Part shown: one piece after another, positions 23,712 to 34,844 of the stretch
Position numbering within the stretch: position 1 is the first letter of the stretch
Layout of the letters: every line of letters starts with the position of its first letter
Source of the DNA: Blastocladiella emersonii ATCC 22665
Lineage: Eukaryota; Fungi; Blastocladiomycota
Direction: 5' to 3'
Length of the DNA stretch: 64,000 nt
Assembly: GCA_025594325.1 (NCBI GenBank)
Contig: JANHCV010000013.1
Span: forward strand, 1,054,001 to 1,118,000
Position numbers and translations under genes: made by a program
The notes under the pieces: generated by a model
The model's input: only the letters and a program-made list of their open reading frames with translations
What the model was told of the DNA's origin: nothing
The model's database searches: none

Positions 23712-25546
23712 ATGAAAGTCTTACCTGCTGCATTATGCATTTCCGAGCTTATTGAGCGCGTGCTCTGTGCCGCCGTCGCACTGCTTGACCCGGCCGACGG
23801 CGATGGGTTCCGACAGCTTGCCCGCGTCACGCATGCGAGCCTCATCCCGCGCGTTCACGCCGCCATCCTGCAGTGCTCCGAGTGCCACACGTTGGAGCAC
23901 GCGATACAGACCGGTCACGCCGCGCTGCTTGACAAGTGGAAGAAGTCGGGCCTCACGCTGCACTACGACGCTGAGATGCTTCGCGGCGCGGATCTGGCAG
24001 CGCTCGAGTGGTTCCGCGACTCGGGACTCTCGGTTGACTGCTGTGTTTGTGAGACGGTGAGCGACCGCGTCCGGACTGCGCTCGGCATTGGGTGCGGCTC
24101 GTTCGACAGGTTCCGCGAGCTCTGGATTGTGCGATCGCCTCATTTGTCGCGTGTAGCCTTCCAGTCTTCTAATGTAGACGCATCTAGGAATCGAATGACC
24201 GGGTCAAAGCCGACGCCACCCTCCTCACTGCGGTCGATGCAATCGCCGCGGGAACGCTGACCGACCTTGTGCTCAAGTACCAGCCCGTCACCGACGTGGG
24301 AATCGAGGCGCTCAACATGGCAACGGCGAGCCCGACGCAGGCTCTCGCATCGCTCAACTTGCACGGCAGCACTATTGATTGTCGCCGCCTTTCCGCTCTC
24401 CACTTCCCGCCGACTCTCAAATCGTTCAACCTGAGCCAATCGTGGCTGCCGCACTCGCTGACCGAGCGCTGGCTCGATGACTGGGCGTGGCCCGCCCAGC
24501 TCGAGCACCTCAACCTGACTGGGAACGGGTTCGATCCGACCATCGCCGTCTCGCTCTTCAAGACTCTTCCGCCGGGCCTCAAGTCTCTCGACCTGACCTT
24601 CAACCAGCTCGGCGACGCTGTCATGCTCGAGGTGGTCCAGAACCTTCCGCGCACCGTGACCTCGCTCAAACTCTCCAACAACCGAATCACTGGCGTGGGC
24701 TTCCAGGCCATTTGCCGCCACCTCCCGCCTTCTCTCGTATCGCTGCCCATGATTGGCAACAAGCTCGCTTCGGCCAACGCCCGCAACATGCTTCGGTGGT
24801 CGCTCCCCGCGACTGTGACGGAGCTCAACTTCAACGGCACCGCTTTGTACACAAACGGCACGCGCGCCTTGGTTGCTGCCCTGCCGCCGAACCTGCACAC
24901 GCTTTCGCTCACCAGCGCCAACGTCTCGCAGAAAGGGGCCGCTCAGCTCTTCCCCGCGCTTCCACCCTCGCTTCGCTCGTTCACCTTCTCGTCCAACCCC
25001 GACTGCGAGACGCCCGCTACCGTGAAGCTCCTCGCGCGCTCACTACCCGCCAATCTCGAACGACTCATCCTCCCCTCGGCCGGCATCGACGAAGCGCTCG
25101 CCGCGTACCTCTTCGCACGCCTGCCGCGCACGCTGCTGCACCTGGACGTGAGTCACAGCGAACTCGGCGCGATCGGCCTCGCTGCGCTCGCCCGCCACAT
25201 GCCGCCCAATCTCGAATCCCTGCGCCTCGAGGAAGCGGTCGTGACGGCACCGGGGATGCGCGCGCTCGCGCCCGCGTTCCCCGCAACGCTGCGCGAGCTC
25301 GACCTCGCGGACAACTTTCGCTTCACGGACGCGGCGGCGCTGGCGCTCGCAGAGCATATGCCGCCCGCGCTCGAGAAGCTCGTACTTCGCGCTACGCGCG
25401 TCTCGGCTGTTGGAGTGCAGGCGATTCGGGATGCCGCGCCCGCGTCGCTTGCGGAGATTCGGTTTCCGCTAGACGGCGACCTCGAGCCGTACGCGGACGC
25501 GATCGAGGCGATGGCGAACGGCGAGCTGGTTTGGGATGACGAGTAG
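23712..25546 (+). CDS. F-box-like / ankyrin-like / RNI-like LRR protein, 2 exons, ~591 aa
   Basis: N-terminal SELIERVL, HAIQTGHAALLDKWKKSG, LEWFRDSG. A 59-nt intron (24129-24187; GTGCGA..CTAAT..CTAG, phase 0) joins this in frame to about 12 LRRs of the LPPxLxxLxLxxN type (ORF 24269-25546). Confidence 0.85.
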
Positions 25547-25750
25547 TGTGCATGAATCCGACTCCCCTGCAATCGTTAGTCCAAGAGTTACGTTTCATCG
25601 AGGACGCGATGCGCCACTCACATGGTTCCGCGTCGCGTCCGTCGGTGAGGATGCGAGAAGGACGAGGATTTAGAAATAAACTCGATCAAATTGAGACAAC
25701 TCTAGAATGCAACTAGAATAGCAAACACAAAATCGAGTCGCATCTCGACC

Positions 25751-27493
25751 TCAGATGCCCTTGAGCATGAAATCGTTGTACGTCGGGCCAAGCGTGTCCA
25801 CGCACTGCCCCGCCCCGACCGGGTACGCGGGGAGGACAAGTACGCGCTTCAAAACGTCGCGCAGCGCCGAGTACAAGCTCGCGTCGATCCGCGGATCCGA
25901 GTCAGGAACCGTTGCGCCGGGTAGTTCGTAGAACGGAAGCTGGCACATGGGCAGCAGCGCCTTCCACGGCAGCTCACGCCAAGCAAGGGGCTCTCTGAGG
26001 ATAGTGGTAGCGCCGCTCGAGACAATCAGCTGCCGCCGGTCGAACGACATGTCGGGTACGACGTGAAGATCATCCCTTTTTCCGGCCAGCGCAATCGTGC
26101 ACTCTAACGCGGGCGTCAGAACCATGCCCGGACCCGCCGACGGAATGAAGACAGCGCGATCGATAAAAACGAGAGCGGTGGGCCCGCCGTCGTTAACTGC
26201 TTGGCGTAGCACGACAACCTGGATGCCGGCCGTGTAAGCGTCAAAAAGCTCGCGGGTAAGCTCCACGACACCCGCCGCGGCGCTCTTGGCGGGCGTGTTG
26301 GCCGGGTCAAGCTTGAGCAGGCGCAGCATGGACTCGCCGTTGGGAAGATCGCGCGGCGACGACGGGTGCAGCGCATGGACCAAGTCGCGAGCCGAGTGCA
26401 TGAACGCGCCAATCGCGTGCGCGAGAAGGCGACCGTTGCGCGGAGCAGGGACCGTGCGTCCGATGCGAACCGGCGCGTGTGCGAGCCCCGCAGCGCCGGA
26501 TCCGTTCATGATGCGCTTGAGCGAGAGCATCACGCGGCCCTGCTTGCGCGCCACCTGCACGTTGGTGATGAGCACTGGCGTCGAAACCCGCATCGTTTGG
26601 CGCTCGCCGTCAACGAGAAGCGTCGCGGCGCCGCGCTCAGCCTTGGTCTCGGATTTCGGAAGCAGCCCGAATTTGGCCGTCGACCCAGGCGGAATCGATA
26701 GAGTGAGCTCGATCAAATTGCGGGTCTCGACGACGTGCGACACGTCGAGCGGCCAAGCAGCGGGTCCAGATTGAGCCGGCGGCGGCGGGCGCGACTGGAT
26801 GAGAGCATTGAGAAGGGCGGCATTCGGTTGCACGTCGACGGGCGTGAATTTGATTGCGGTGAGCGAGAGGAGCTTCCCGCCAACAAGGTTGCGCCAGTGG
26901 CGGTTGATGGACTCGGAGTACACGCCGATGGTGGTGCTGCGCTGCGCGTGCGTCATAAAGCCCAGAGGCAGGAACGCCGTGACACGCAGGCGCGGAGGAT
27001 TCCCGTGGAGCGGCTCAGCATGAACCGCATCCAAGCGCATCGGGTCGCCGCCGCGAGCTTTGATTTCGACCGTAAGGTACCCAGAGATTCCCTCGTCGGT
27101 TACGAGAACAGTGAGCTCAATGAGGCACATTTTGGCCAAGTCCTCCTTGTTTTTGCGATCCGCCTTCGGCTCGCGCGTAGGAAACCCGTAAAAGTCGAGC
27201 AGGGGAAGGATTTCGACGGGGACCATTTTTTGGCCATCCTCTGCATCGGGCGCGTAGAGGCCGCTAAGGAACTCTTTCACGTCCGCCGACCAGGGGATCG
27301 AAGCAGCTGGAGTCGAACCAGACCAAACGATGCGTCCCGAAGCCAAGGCAAAGGCAAGAAGTTTGACAACCACGCCAGTGCAAACGTTGTTGACTAGCGA
27401 GACCAGGGAGGGGCAAGGTGAGCAACACGTTACGTTCCGTTCGCGTTGGCGAGAACGGCTGAGCGCATACTGGATCGTGCGTGCTGGACGCAT
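25751..27493 (-). CDS. Hypothetical protein, weakly resembling the C-terminal region of fungal MYND/DUF4470-type proteins
   Basis: Long protein-like ORF with first internal ATG at 27226. RVSTPVLITNVQVARKQGRV recalls the FPxPV..RIARKSxYIEV motif of that family. The 5' end is uncertain. Confidence 0.55.
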   Translation of the reverse strand: MRPARTIQYALSRSRQRERNVTCCSPCPSLVSLVNNVCTGVVVKLLAFALASGRIVWSGSTPAASIPWSADVKEFLSGLYAPDAEDGQKMVPVEILPLLDFYGFPTREPKADRKNKEDLAKMCLIELTVLVTDEGISGYLTVEIKARGGDPMRLDAVHAEPLHGNPPRLRVTAFLPLGFMTHAQRSTTIGVYSESINRHWRNLVGGKLLSLTAIKFTPVDVQPNAALLNALIQSRPPPPAQSGPAAWPLDVSHVVETRNLIELTLSIPPGSTAKFGLLPKSETKAERGAATLLVDGERQTMRVSTPVLITNVQVARKQGRVMLSLKRIMNGSGAAGLAHAPVRIGRTVPAPRNGRLLAHAIGAFMHSARDLVHALHPSSPRDLPNGESMLRLLKLDPANTPAKSAAAGVVELTRELFDAYTAGIQVVVLRQAVNDGGPTALVFIDRAVFIPSAGPGMVLTPALECTIALAGKRDDLHVVPDMSFDRRQLIVSSGATTILREPLAWRELPWKALLPMCQLPFYELPGATVPDSDPRIDASLYSALRDVLKRVLVLPAYPVGAGQCVDTLGPTYNDFMLKGI

Positions 27494-27685
27494 TTCGGCT
27501 CAACCTGGACTATTTGACCGCGGTGACTGACTCTTCACGTCACACGATTGATCAAATACGTCTCGCATCCCCATTAAACGGTGAAACTCGGCGAACAGTC
27601 TATTCTCTGAATCAACGACAGCGACACACTGTGCCGATCACAGCTCTCCCAAGGTCACAACGGCACGACGGGCTTCAAGCCAAGA

Positions 27686-28501
27686 TCACACAAGAGCGGA
27701 GGGCGCCGCCGTGTGAGAACGACCCGGCCCACTCGTGCTCGCGCCGTGCGTCAGCGACTCCACAGGCGGCAGCGTCTCGGGGTTCCAGCTCTCCTCAGCC
27801 TCGGCGTGCGACCGCGGGAGTGGCGCATGCTTCGCTGCACCTTGGCGCCGGCGACGGCGACGGTAGACGACCGCGGCGCCGATCGCGGCAGCGACCGCGA
27901 CCGCCGCGCCGATGCCCGCGTACATGCCGATCGAGCTGTCGGACGAGCCCTTGGGGATCTTGACGGACGTGGTATCGGACGTGCCAACAGCTGGGGCGGT
28001 GGTCTTCATCACCACCGCGGCGCTCGAGGAGACAGACGGCACGCTGCGCGACATGTCGACCGTCACGGTGGGGATCGACGCGGACCTCACGGTGCGCGGA
28101 GAAGGTACGCCGTTGGTCCACGGATACACGGCGCCGCCGACGAGATCGCCACACTTGGCCTTAGGGGTCCAGTTGGTCCAGTCGCCCTGCGATCCGTTGC
28201 CGCAGTAAAGTTTGAGCGCGGTATCATAGGAGATAGACCGGCCATTCTCGGTGTAGCTGCCGTCGGCGTTGGGGATCGGCCCGCAGTACCCGTCCTTGCT
28301 GCAGCACTATACGGTCGTGACTGAGTTCAAGCTCGCCACTTGTGAGCGGCAGCGAGACGTGAGCCGTACCTGGCCCTGAAGACAGGTGACATCCGACGCC
28401 AGTTTGCCGCAGGTGGGCTGGCCTTTGCTGTTTGTAACCTGGGTGGTCCTAGGTTCGGGCAGGCCGACCTCGTTGCACCGACTGTTGGCGAACGACAACA
28501 T
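27686..28501 (-). CDS. Single-pass membrane protein with a hevein-type chitin-binding (CBM18-like) domain and S/T-rich stalk; 5' end uncertain
   Basis: Removing the 63-nt GTACGG..GTATAG intron (28307-28369) gives CGKLASDVTCLQGQ-CCSKDGYCG..YCGNGSQ. This is followed by an S/T stalk, TM segment YAGIGAAVAVAAAIGAAVVY and an RRRRRR stop-transfer. Confidence 0.8.
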
Positions 28502-29215
28502 GGTTGCTTTCAGTTCTGCTTTGCAGTTGGAGAGGGAAGGCGACGGGGAAAGTAAGCCAAGGCGCACCGCGAGTACTTTTCCTGATCAACGTGTGGTAGC
28601 CACCGTACGGTGTGAGCGGTGAACGGGAGCGAGCGGTGGGCACGAACCCGGGGCGGCGACCGCTGCACCGCATCACATGATTGATCGACGCGTCTCGCGC
28701 TTTCCGCTCCATGGCCGAGAGCTCAGCGCGCGTTCCACGCTTTTAGTCGACAAATCACGCACAAAATCTCGCTAGTTACATCTCTCGCGGTTTCCGTGGT
28801 CGTGACGAGCGACAGGATCAGATCAGGCGCGTGTCCCAGCGCCTCCGCCGCCGCTCGGCGGACTAGAACTCGCACCGTGGATCAAAATCGCGACGGACGA
28901 CAGCGCAATATTATCACAGGTCCCGTGCATTGCGCTCGAGTTCATGGCCTCCGTCTCAGACTGCGCGAGCGGCATCGATGTGTGCTTTGCCACGGCTCCG
29001 TTGCGGTGTGAACACTTCCAAGCGGTCGACGCGGTGGTGGCGGTGTTGGTTGATGCGGTGGCGACGATAGAGATAGACACGTAAGAAAAAAAACACTGTA
29101 TGAAGGCCTACTACGCGACAGATGCGACACATAGACTGCGACATCGGGGCGCTGAGGACGCTGGTCGGGGGGACACTGGCCGACCCGTTGAAGCGAACGG
29201 GACGCTTGACCACGG

Positions 29216-29431
29216 TGTTGATGCCGACAGAAGGAGGCGGGAGACAAGTAGTCAGGGATGTCTATTCCTGCCTTCGGCCCCGAACCCAAGACGGGGAGAG
29301 GGGAGAATGGATAACAAAGCAGGGCGCGCCGCAGCGGGGTGTGGCGGCGCGGGAGCGAGGGATTGCGGGCGGCTCACGCGAGATCAGATGATTGATCACC
29401 GCGGTCGTGGCCACATGAACGTCACGCAACA
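29216..29431 (-). repeat. Gypsy 3' LTR
   Basis: 214/216 identical to 34629-34844. Confidence 0.97.
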
Positions 29432-31074
29432 TCACCTCCCCCCAGACCGTGACCTGAGCGACTTGACGAACCCTTGGTACACCGCGTTCTTGAGCTGGCG
29501 ACCAGACCGGCTGCGCGTGATGGACGACGGCGGGTTGGGCGAGGGTGAGCGCGCGCGCTTCGGGTTGGCGCGGGCGGGCGATGAGGCGGCCGAGGACTGC
29601 GTGACTGAGAACTGCGGCTTGTCGGCCGAGACTTGGCGAGGAGCAGGATCTTGGCGTGGAGCTGGCGCAGGGGAAGACGCGGCGACCTTGGAGGCGAGAC
29701 GCTGCAGCGAACGCTGGCGCTCGAGCCGGGTGTCAGCAGAGATCTTCTTGTGGAAGTTGTTGATGGCGCCGGCGGTGTCAAAGCTGCTGGCGGGGATCCA
29801 CAAGTTCTTAGCGGAGCGATTGGACCAGCGGACCAGGTACTCGCGCTCGCCGTTCGCGCCGTCGCGATGACGGAGGATGTCGCGCACGGTGTCCGATTCG
29901 CCCAAAGGCGCCGACTCGGGCTGGATGAGGCGCAGGTGGTGCGCGGGGATCTTCTCGACGAGTGCGCCAGTGGCGTCGCGGAGCACGTACGCGCCGCCAC
30001 GGTTGCGGCGGACCACCATGTACAGGCCCTCGTAGCGTGGGTCAAGGCAGGAGGCGCGGTCGGTGGTCATGCGCATGACGATGGCGCCCGTGGGGAAGTT
30101 GGTGGCGATGATCTTGCGGTGCTGATCGGCGCGCGCCTGCACGATGGCGTTGCGGTCGGCGGTGCGCTGCGCAATGGCGGGGTAGATGGACTTGGTCATG
30201 AGCTTGAGGCGAGCGAGCTGCTCCTGCTCGGTCATGTCGCGGAGGGGCGGCTGCGCGCGGTAGTCGCGGAGCGCGTTGGCGGGACGCGCGAACATGAGCG
30301 AGAAGGGCGTCGAGCCGTGGCGCGCGTGCGCGCGCGTGTTGTAGGCGTACTGGATGGCTGGGACCATGGCGGGCCAGCGGTTGAGCTGCCCGTTGAGCGA
30401 GGGGAGCAGCATCTCCTTGACCGAGCGAACGAGACGCTCCGAGGCGCCGTTGGCCTGCGGGTGGTACGGCGACACAAGGTGGCAGTCGATGCTGGCCATG
30501 TCAGCAAGCGAGGCAATGATCTGGTTGGCGAACTCGGGGCCGTTGTTGGACTGGATGATGCGCGGGAAACCGAACTGGAAGCACGTGGCCAGGAAGCAGG
30601 TGGCGACCTCGCCGGCAGACGTGGAGCGGATCGGGTGGAGCCACACGAACCGGGTGCAGATGTCAATGATCACGAGCACGTGCGTGTATCCGTCGGGCGA
30701 GATGGGCAGCTGCATGCAGTCCATGGACAGGTGGTCAAGCGGCAGCAGCGCCTTGATCGAGCGCATTGGGTGGAAACCCTACCACGTGGCCAAGAACCGC
30801 GCGCACGGGATGCAACCGGCAATGACGCGCTGGCAGTTGGTGAGCATGCCGGACCATTTGTGGCCAAGGACAACGAGCTGCTGCTGTGTGACCGCGGGAC
30901 CCGAGTGGCCCCCGCCGTGCACGTTGCAGATGATCTGGTCGCGCTGGTCACGCGGAACGGGCGCCGTGTCGAGGCGCTGCGCAGGCGGGACAGTGCCGAT
31001 GGGCGAGAACTCAGGCCGCGGCGCGCTACCCTTGGGGGCGGGTGCGGCGGCGACGACGCGGGCGTGCACGGCGG

Positions 31075-31455
31075 GCGCAGGTGTTGAAGAAGAGCTGCCC
31101 CCATGGGTGGGTGCGGCAGCAAAAGCGCAGGCCCGCTCCGCGGGCAGGAGCGAGGCCAGCGCGAGGAAGAAGTGTCAAGCACGATTCTCCGCAAGGGAGA
31201 GATCTTGCGCCATGAGCTGCTTGAGCTCGCCGTCGCTGAGGGCACACTCGGGGAGAGATGGCGCGGGTGTTGAAGAAGAGCTGCCCCCATGGGTGGGTGT
31301 GGCAGCAAAAGCGCGGGCCCGCTCCGCGGGCAGGAGCGAGGCCGGCGCGAGGAAAAAGTGTTGAGCACGATTCTCCGCGAGGGAGAGATTGTGCGTCATG
31401 AGCTGCTCGAGCTCGCCGTCGCCGAGGGCACACTCGGGGAGAGACAGCGCGGGAG
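31075..31455 (-). repeat. 186-bp tandem duplication between RNase H and integrase
   Basis: TGTTGAAGAAGAGCTGCCCCCATGGG at 31082 and 31268. Confidence 0.9.
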
Positions 31456-32461
31456 AGGATCTGGAGTGACCCCCCCCCACCAGCGGGCGCCCACGGGGGG
31501 AACGCGATACAGGATGACGGCCGGCGCAGTTGATGCGGACAAGACGGGCACAGGCGTCGGTATTATACAGGCGCGACAGGATGTTGGGCAGCACGTTCAG
31601 GACGCCAGGGAGGTGCGTGACCAAGAACGAGAGGGAGAGTAGCGTGTCGAGCCAGTTTTTGAGGATGGGCAACAGGCGCTTCTGCGTGAACATGTGGGTG
31701 AGCGCCGCGTGGTCCGTGAACAACGCGAAACGGCGGCCGTGGAGGTAGTAGAAGAAGCGAGTGAGCGCAAAGACGATGCCAAGGAGCTCGCGCTTGGTGG
31801 CAGAGTAGTTCTGCTCGGCGGGCTGCAGAGAGCGAGAGGCGAACAAGATGTAGTGCAGGGACTCGCGGCTACCCTGGAACAGGACGGCGCCGAGACTGAC
31901 GTTTGAGGCGTCGGTAGCGACAAAGAGCGGCTTGGAGAAATCAGGCGGCGCAAGACACGGGGCGGCGGCGACAGCGGCTTTTACGGCGAGGAACGCCTGC
32001 TTGCACTCGTTGGTCCACACGTTGCGGACGTCGAGGTCGATGCGCTTGAGGTTGTGCAGCGCGTCAAGCGGGTGCATGAGGACCGCGGCGAGCGGGATGT
32101 AGGCGCGCAGATAGTTGACAAGGCCGAGGAACTTCTGGACCTGGTTGCCGGACGTCGGACGCGGCCAGTTGCGGATTGAGACAACCTTGGCCTTGGCGGG
32201 CTGCACGCCCTCGGCCGAGACGACGTGGCTGAGCAGGTGCACGCGTGCGTAGTAGAAGAAGCACTTGGCGGGGCTGAGGCGGAGGTTCCACCGCGTGAGA
32301 CGGTAGACAACAAGGACGAGGTGCTGCGTGTGCTCCTTGATCGAGGCCAAGAAGATGACGAGATTGTCGATGAAGACGCACACGAACGGCATGTCGTGGA
32401 AGATGTTGGACATGACGGCCTGGAACTGCGCCAAGAGGGTCTTGATGCCGAACGGGCCGCG

Positions 32462-32780
32462 CAAAGACAACATTGGGCTGGACAGAGCCGGAATGATGTT
32501 GTTGAGGAACAGGTCTGCACGCACAGTCAGGAACGCCGGGTAGCACCAAGAAGGCTCGCTGCGAACGGGCGTGCGGTTCGCCGCAGCCGAACGAGCGCGC
32601 GAAGACAACATTGGGCTGGATAGAGCCAGAATGATGTCGTCAAGGAACAGGTCTGCACGCACGGTCAGGAACGCCGGGTAGCACTGAGAAGGCTCGCCGC
32701 AAACGGGCGTGCGGTTCGCCGCAGCCAAACGAGCGTGCGAAGACGACATCGGGCTGGATAGAGCCGGAATGATGAGGTCA
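32462..32780 (-). repeat. 138-bp (46-codon) tandem repeat, ~2.3 copies, where the RT N-terminus should be
   Basis: GACAACATTGGGCTGG recurs at 32466, 32604 and 32742 (variant). Confidence 0.9.
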
Positions 32781-33193
32781 GAGATATTATTATTGTGAGC
32801 GACAAGCGCCACGTACAGGTCGCGGATGGACGCGCGTGCCCAGGTCACGGAAATGCGGGCGTGCCCAGCCAGTCGGGGTCGACCGCACCGGCGCCGTTGT
32901 GCTCACGGCGCGCACCAGAGCGGGCGGGGGCGGCGAAATGCGCGACGGGACTGAGGCGGCCGCGAAGGGGATCGTTGTGGGTGACGGTGGCGGCGCGGGC
33001 CGAGGTGGGGCCAAGGCGGGAGCCGACGATGATGTGGTAGAACTTGTCAAGCAGGTGCGCGAACAGGCTGGTGGCAGACGCTGGCAGGAGGGCGAGGACA
33101 CGGAGGTGGTGGGCGAGCAGGGGCTGGGAGCGGGGAATGCTGTTGACCGCGCGGGCAGGCAAGGAGACGAACTCGGAGCGGGAGCGCTCAAGG

Positions 33194-34606
33194 TCATCCG
33201 CCAAACTTGGTCTCGAGACCCGCGGGCCGGACGGGCGCCACAGCCGCGTGGTAGTTGCGCGGGGCGCGCTTGCACACAGCAGAGCGGGAGCGCGAGCGGG
33301 ACCGGGGACGCGAGTGGGACTGGGAACGCGAGCGCTGACGCTTGTTGCTGCCGCCACAATCACGATCGTGGCAGTCGTTGGGCACGGCGAGAAGCGCGCG
33401 CGGGGCGTCGCGGGACGCGCGGTCGTCACGGCTGGCCTTGCCCTTGTTGTAGTGGCTGTTCTTGTCGTGGGCGCCGCCGCCACGGTGGTTGTTGTAGTTG
33501 TAGTTGTTCTTGTTGTTGTAGTTGTTGTAGTTGTTGTTGTTGTTGTTGTAGTTGTTGTTGTTGTTCTTGTTCTTGTCCTTGTCCTTGTCACCCAACTTGG
33601 TGCGCGCGGCCGGCACGGCAGATGAGGCGTCGCCAGCGTCGCCGGCGGGCGCCTTGCTGCGCGAGGCGATCTGGACGTAGCCGTAGGGGCCAATGAGGTC
33701 GACGAGCGTGAGCGGGGTGCGCTTGGAGGTGGCGGTGCCGAGCGTGTGGCAGAGGGCGTTGTAGACGTCGTCCTTGATGCCCTTGACTGAGTTGAGGAAC
33801 GAGGAGAGGAGCGCAGGAGGCAGGTGGCCGGTGGGATCCAGGCAACCCCCCTCGCGGAGACGCCGGACAAACACAACGCGGTGGCGCTTGAGGGTGAGGC
33901 CTGGAGTGGCGGGGATCGAGAGGTCGAGGTAGCGGACAATGGCGGCGCGGTCCATGTGGTTGAAGAAGCGGGCGATCAGCTGGTGCTCCTCGAGACCGGC
34001 GCCCTCGCGGACCATCAACTTGTACACGACCTGGGCGTCGTGGCCGACGGTGGTGGTGGCGGCGTTGAGCAGCTTGTACAGGTTGTGCAGCGGGTAGAGG
34101 TTGCGGAGGTTGCGGAGGAAGGTGGCTGGGTCTCGGCAGTTGCCGCGGGTTGGGTGGCGGTAGTTGATGCGGGTGCTCTCGATGTTGGCGCGCAGCTGCT
34201 TGTCAACGCTGGTGGTCGACGCGGCGGGAGCGGCTGGCGAGGCGGCGGCCGGCGCGGCCGGGGGCGCCTCGGCGGGCAGCCTGTTGATGGCGAGGTTGAT
34301 GATGTTGTTGTAGCGCGAGTGCGCGGCGATGAGCGCGTCCAGCGCCTTGGCGGCCTGGGCCTGCAGCTTGGGCGGGTGGGTGGCCGACGTGCCGTTGCCC
34401 TGGGACGGCGCGGGTTGCGCGGCGGCGTCGATGGCGGCCGAGCAGGCAGCGAATTGCTCACTGAGTAGCTGGCGCAGCTTGGCGGCGCGCGCGCGTGCGG
34501 CGGGCACGGCCTGGGGGTCCTTGGACGCGGTGCTGCAGGTGCTGGGGAGCGCGGAGATGTCGCTGCAGAGCGCCAGCGAGATGGTGAAGGTGGGGTTCGA
34601 GGCCAT
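33194..34606 (-). CDS. Gypsy gag with an Asn/Tyr-rich low-complexity insert
   Basis: First ORF after the 5' LTR (MASNPTFTISL). Helical capsid-like region, then KDKDKNKNNNNNYNNN.. and RS-rich segments. Confidence 0.75.
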   Translation of the reverse strand: MASNPTFTISLALCSDISALPSTCSTASKDPQAVPAARARAAKLRQLLSEQFAACSAAIDAAAQPAPSQGNGTSATHPPKLQAQAAKALDALIAAHSRYNNIINLAINRLPAEAPPAAPAAASPAAPAASTTSVDKQLRANIESTRINYRHPTRGNCRDPATFLRNLRNLYPLHNLYKLLNAATTTVGHDAQVVYKLMVREGAGLEEHQLIARFFNHMDRAAIVRYLDLSIPATPGLTLKRHRVVFVRRLREGGCLDPTGHLPPALLSSFLNSVKGIKDDVYNALCHTLGTATSKRTPLTLVDLIGPYGYVQIASRSKAPAGDAGDASSAVPAARTKLGDKDKDKNKNNNNNYNNNNNNYNNYNNKNNYNYNNHRGGGAHDKNSHYNKGKASRDDRASRDAPRALLAVPNDCHDRDCGGSNKRQRSRSQSHSRPRSRSRSRSAVCKRAPRNYHAAVAPVRPAGLETKFGG

Positions 34607-34628
34607 GCGGAAAACTACTTGAAGAAAA

Positions 34629-34844
34629 TGTTGATGCCGACAGAAGGAGGCGGGAGACAAGTAGTCAGGGATGTCTATTCCTGCCTTCGGCCCCGAACCC
34701 AAGACGGGGAGAGGGGAGAATGGATAACAAAGCAGGGCGCGCCGCAGCGGGGTGCGGCGGCGTGGGAGCGAGGGATTGCGGGCGGCTCACGCGAGATCAG
34801 ATGATTGATCACCGCGGTCGTGGCCACATGAACGTCACGCAACA
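34629..34844 (-). repeat. Gypsy 5' LTR
   Basis: 214/216 identical to 29216-29431. Confidence 0.97.

Larger units (their letters stand above)
29432..33200 (-). pseudogene. Gypsy pol (PR remnant, RT, RNase H, integrase, chromodomain), frameshifted and catalytically mutated
   Basis: RT FIDN instead of Y/FxDD. RNase H TDAS..ELL..TDH. HHCC H..GH..C..C. IN SMDC..IDICTR..IQSNNGPEF (D>N)..SERL. Chromodomain VRDILRHR..EYLVRW..WIP..F. Frameshift near 30775. Confidence 0.93.
29216..34844 (-). mobile_element. Ty3/gypsy chromovirus, full-length but defective
   Basis: 216-bp LTRs TGTTG..CAACA (29216-29431, 34629-34844; 2 mismatches), 5-bp TSD CACGG, PPT GGGGGGAGG. Order on the minus strand: gag, degenerate PR, RT, RNase H, IN, chromodomain. 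Confidence 0.97.
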
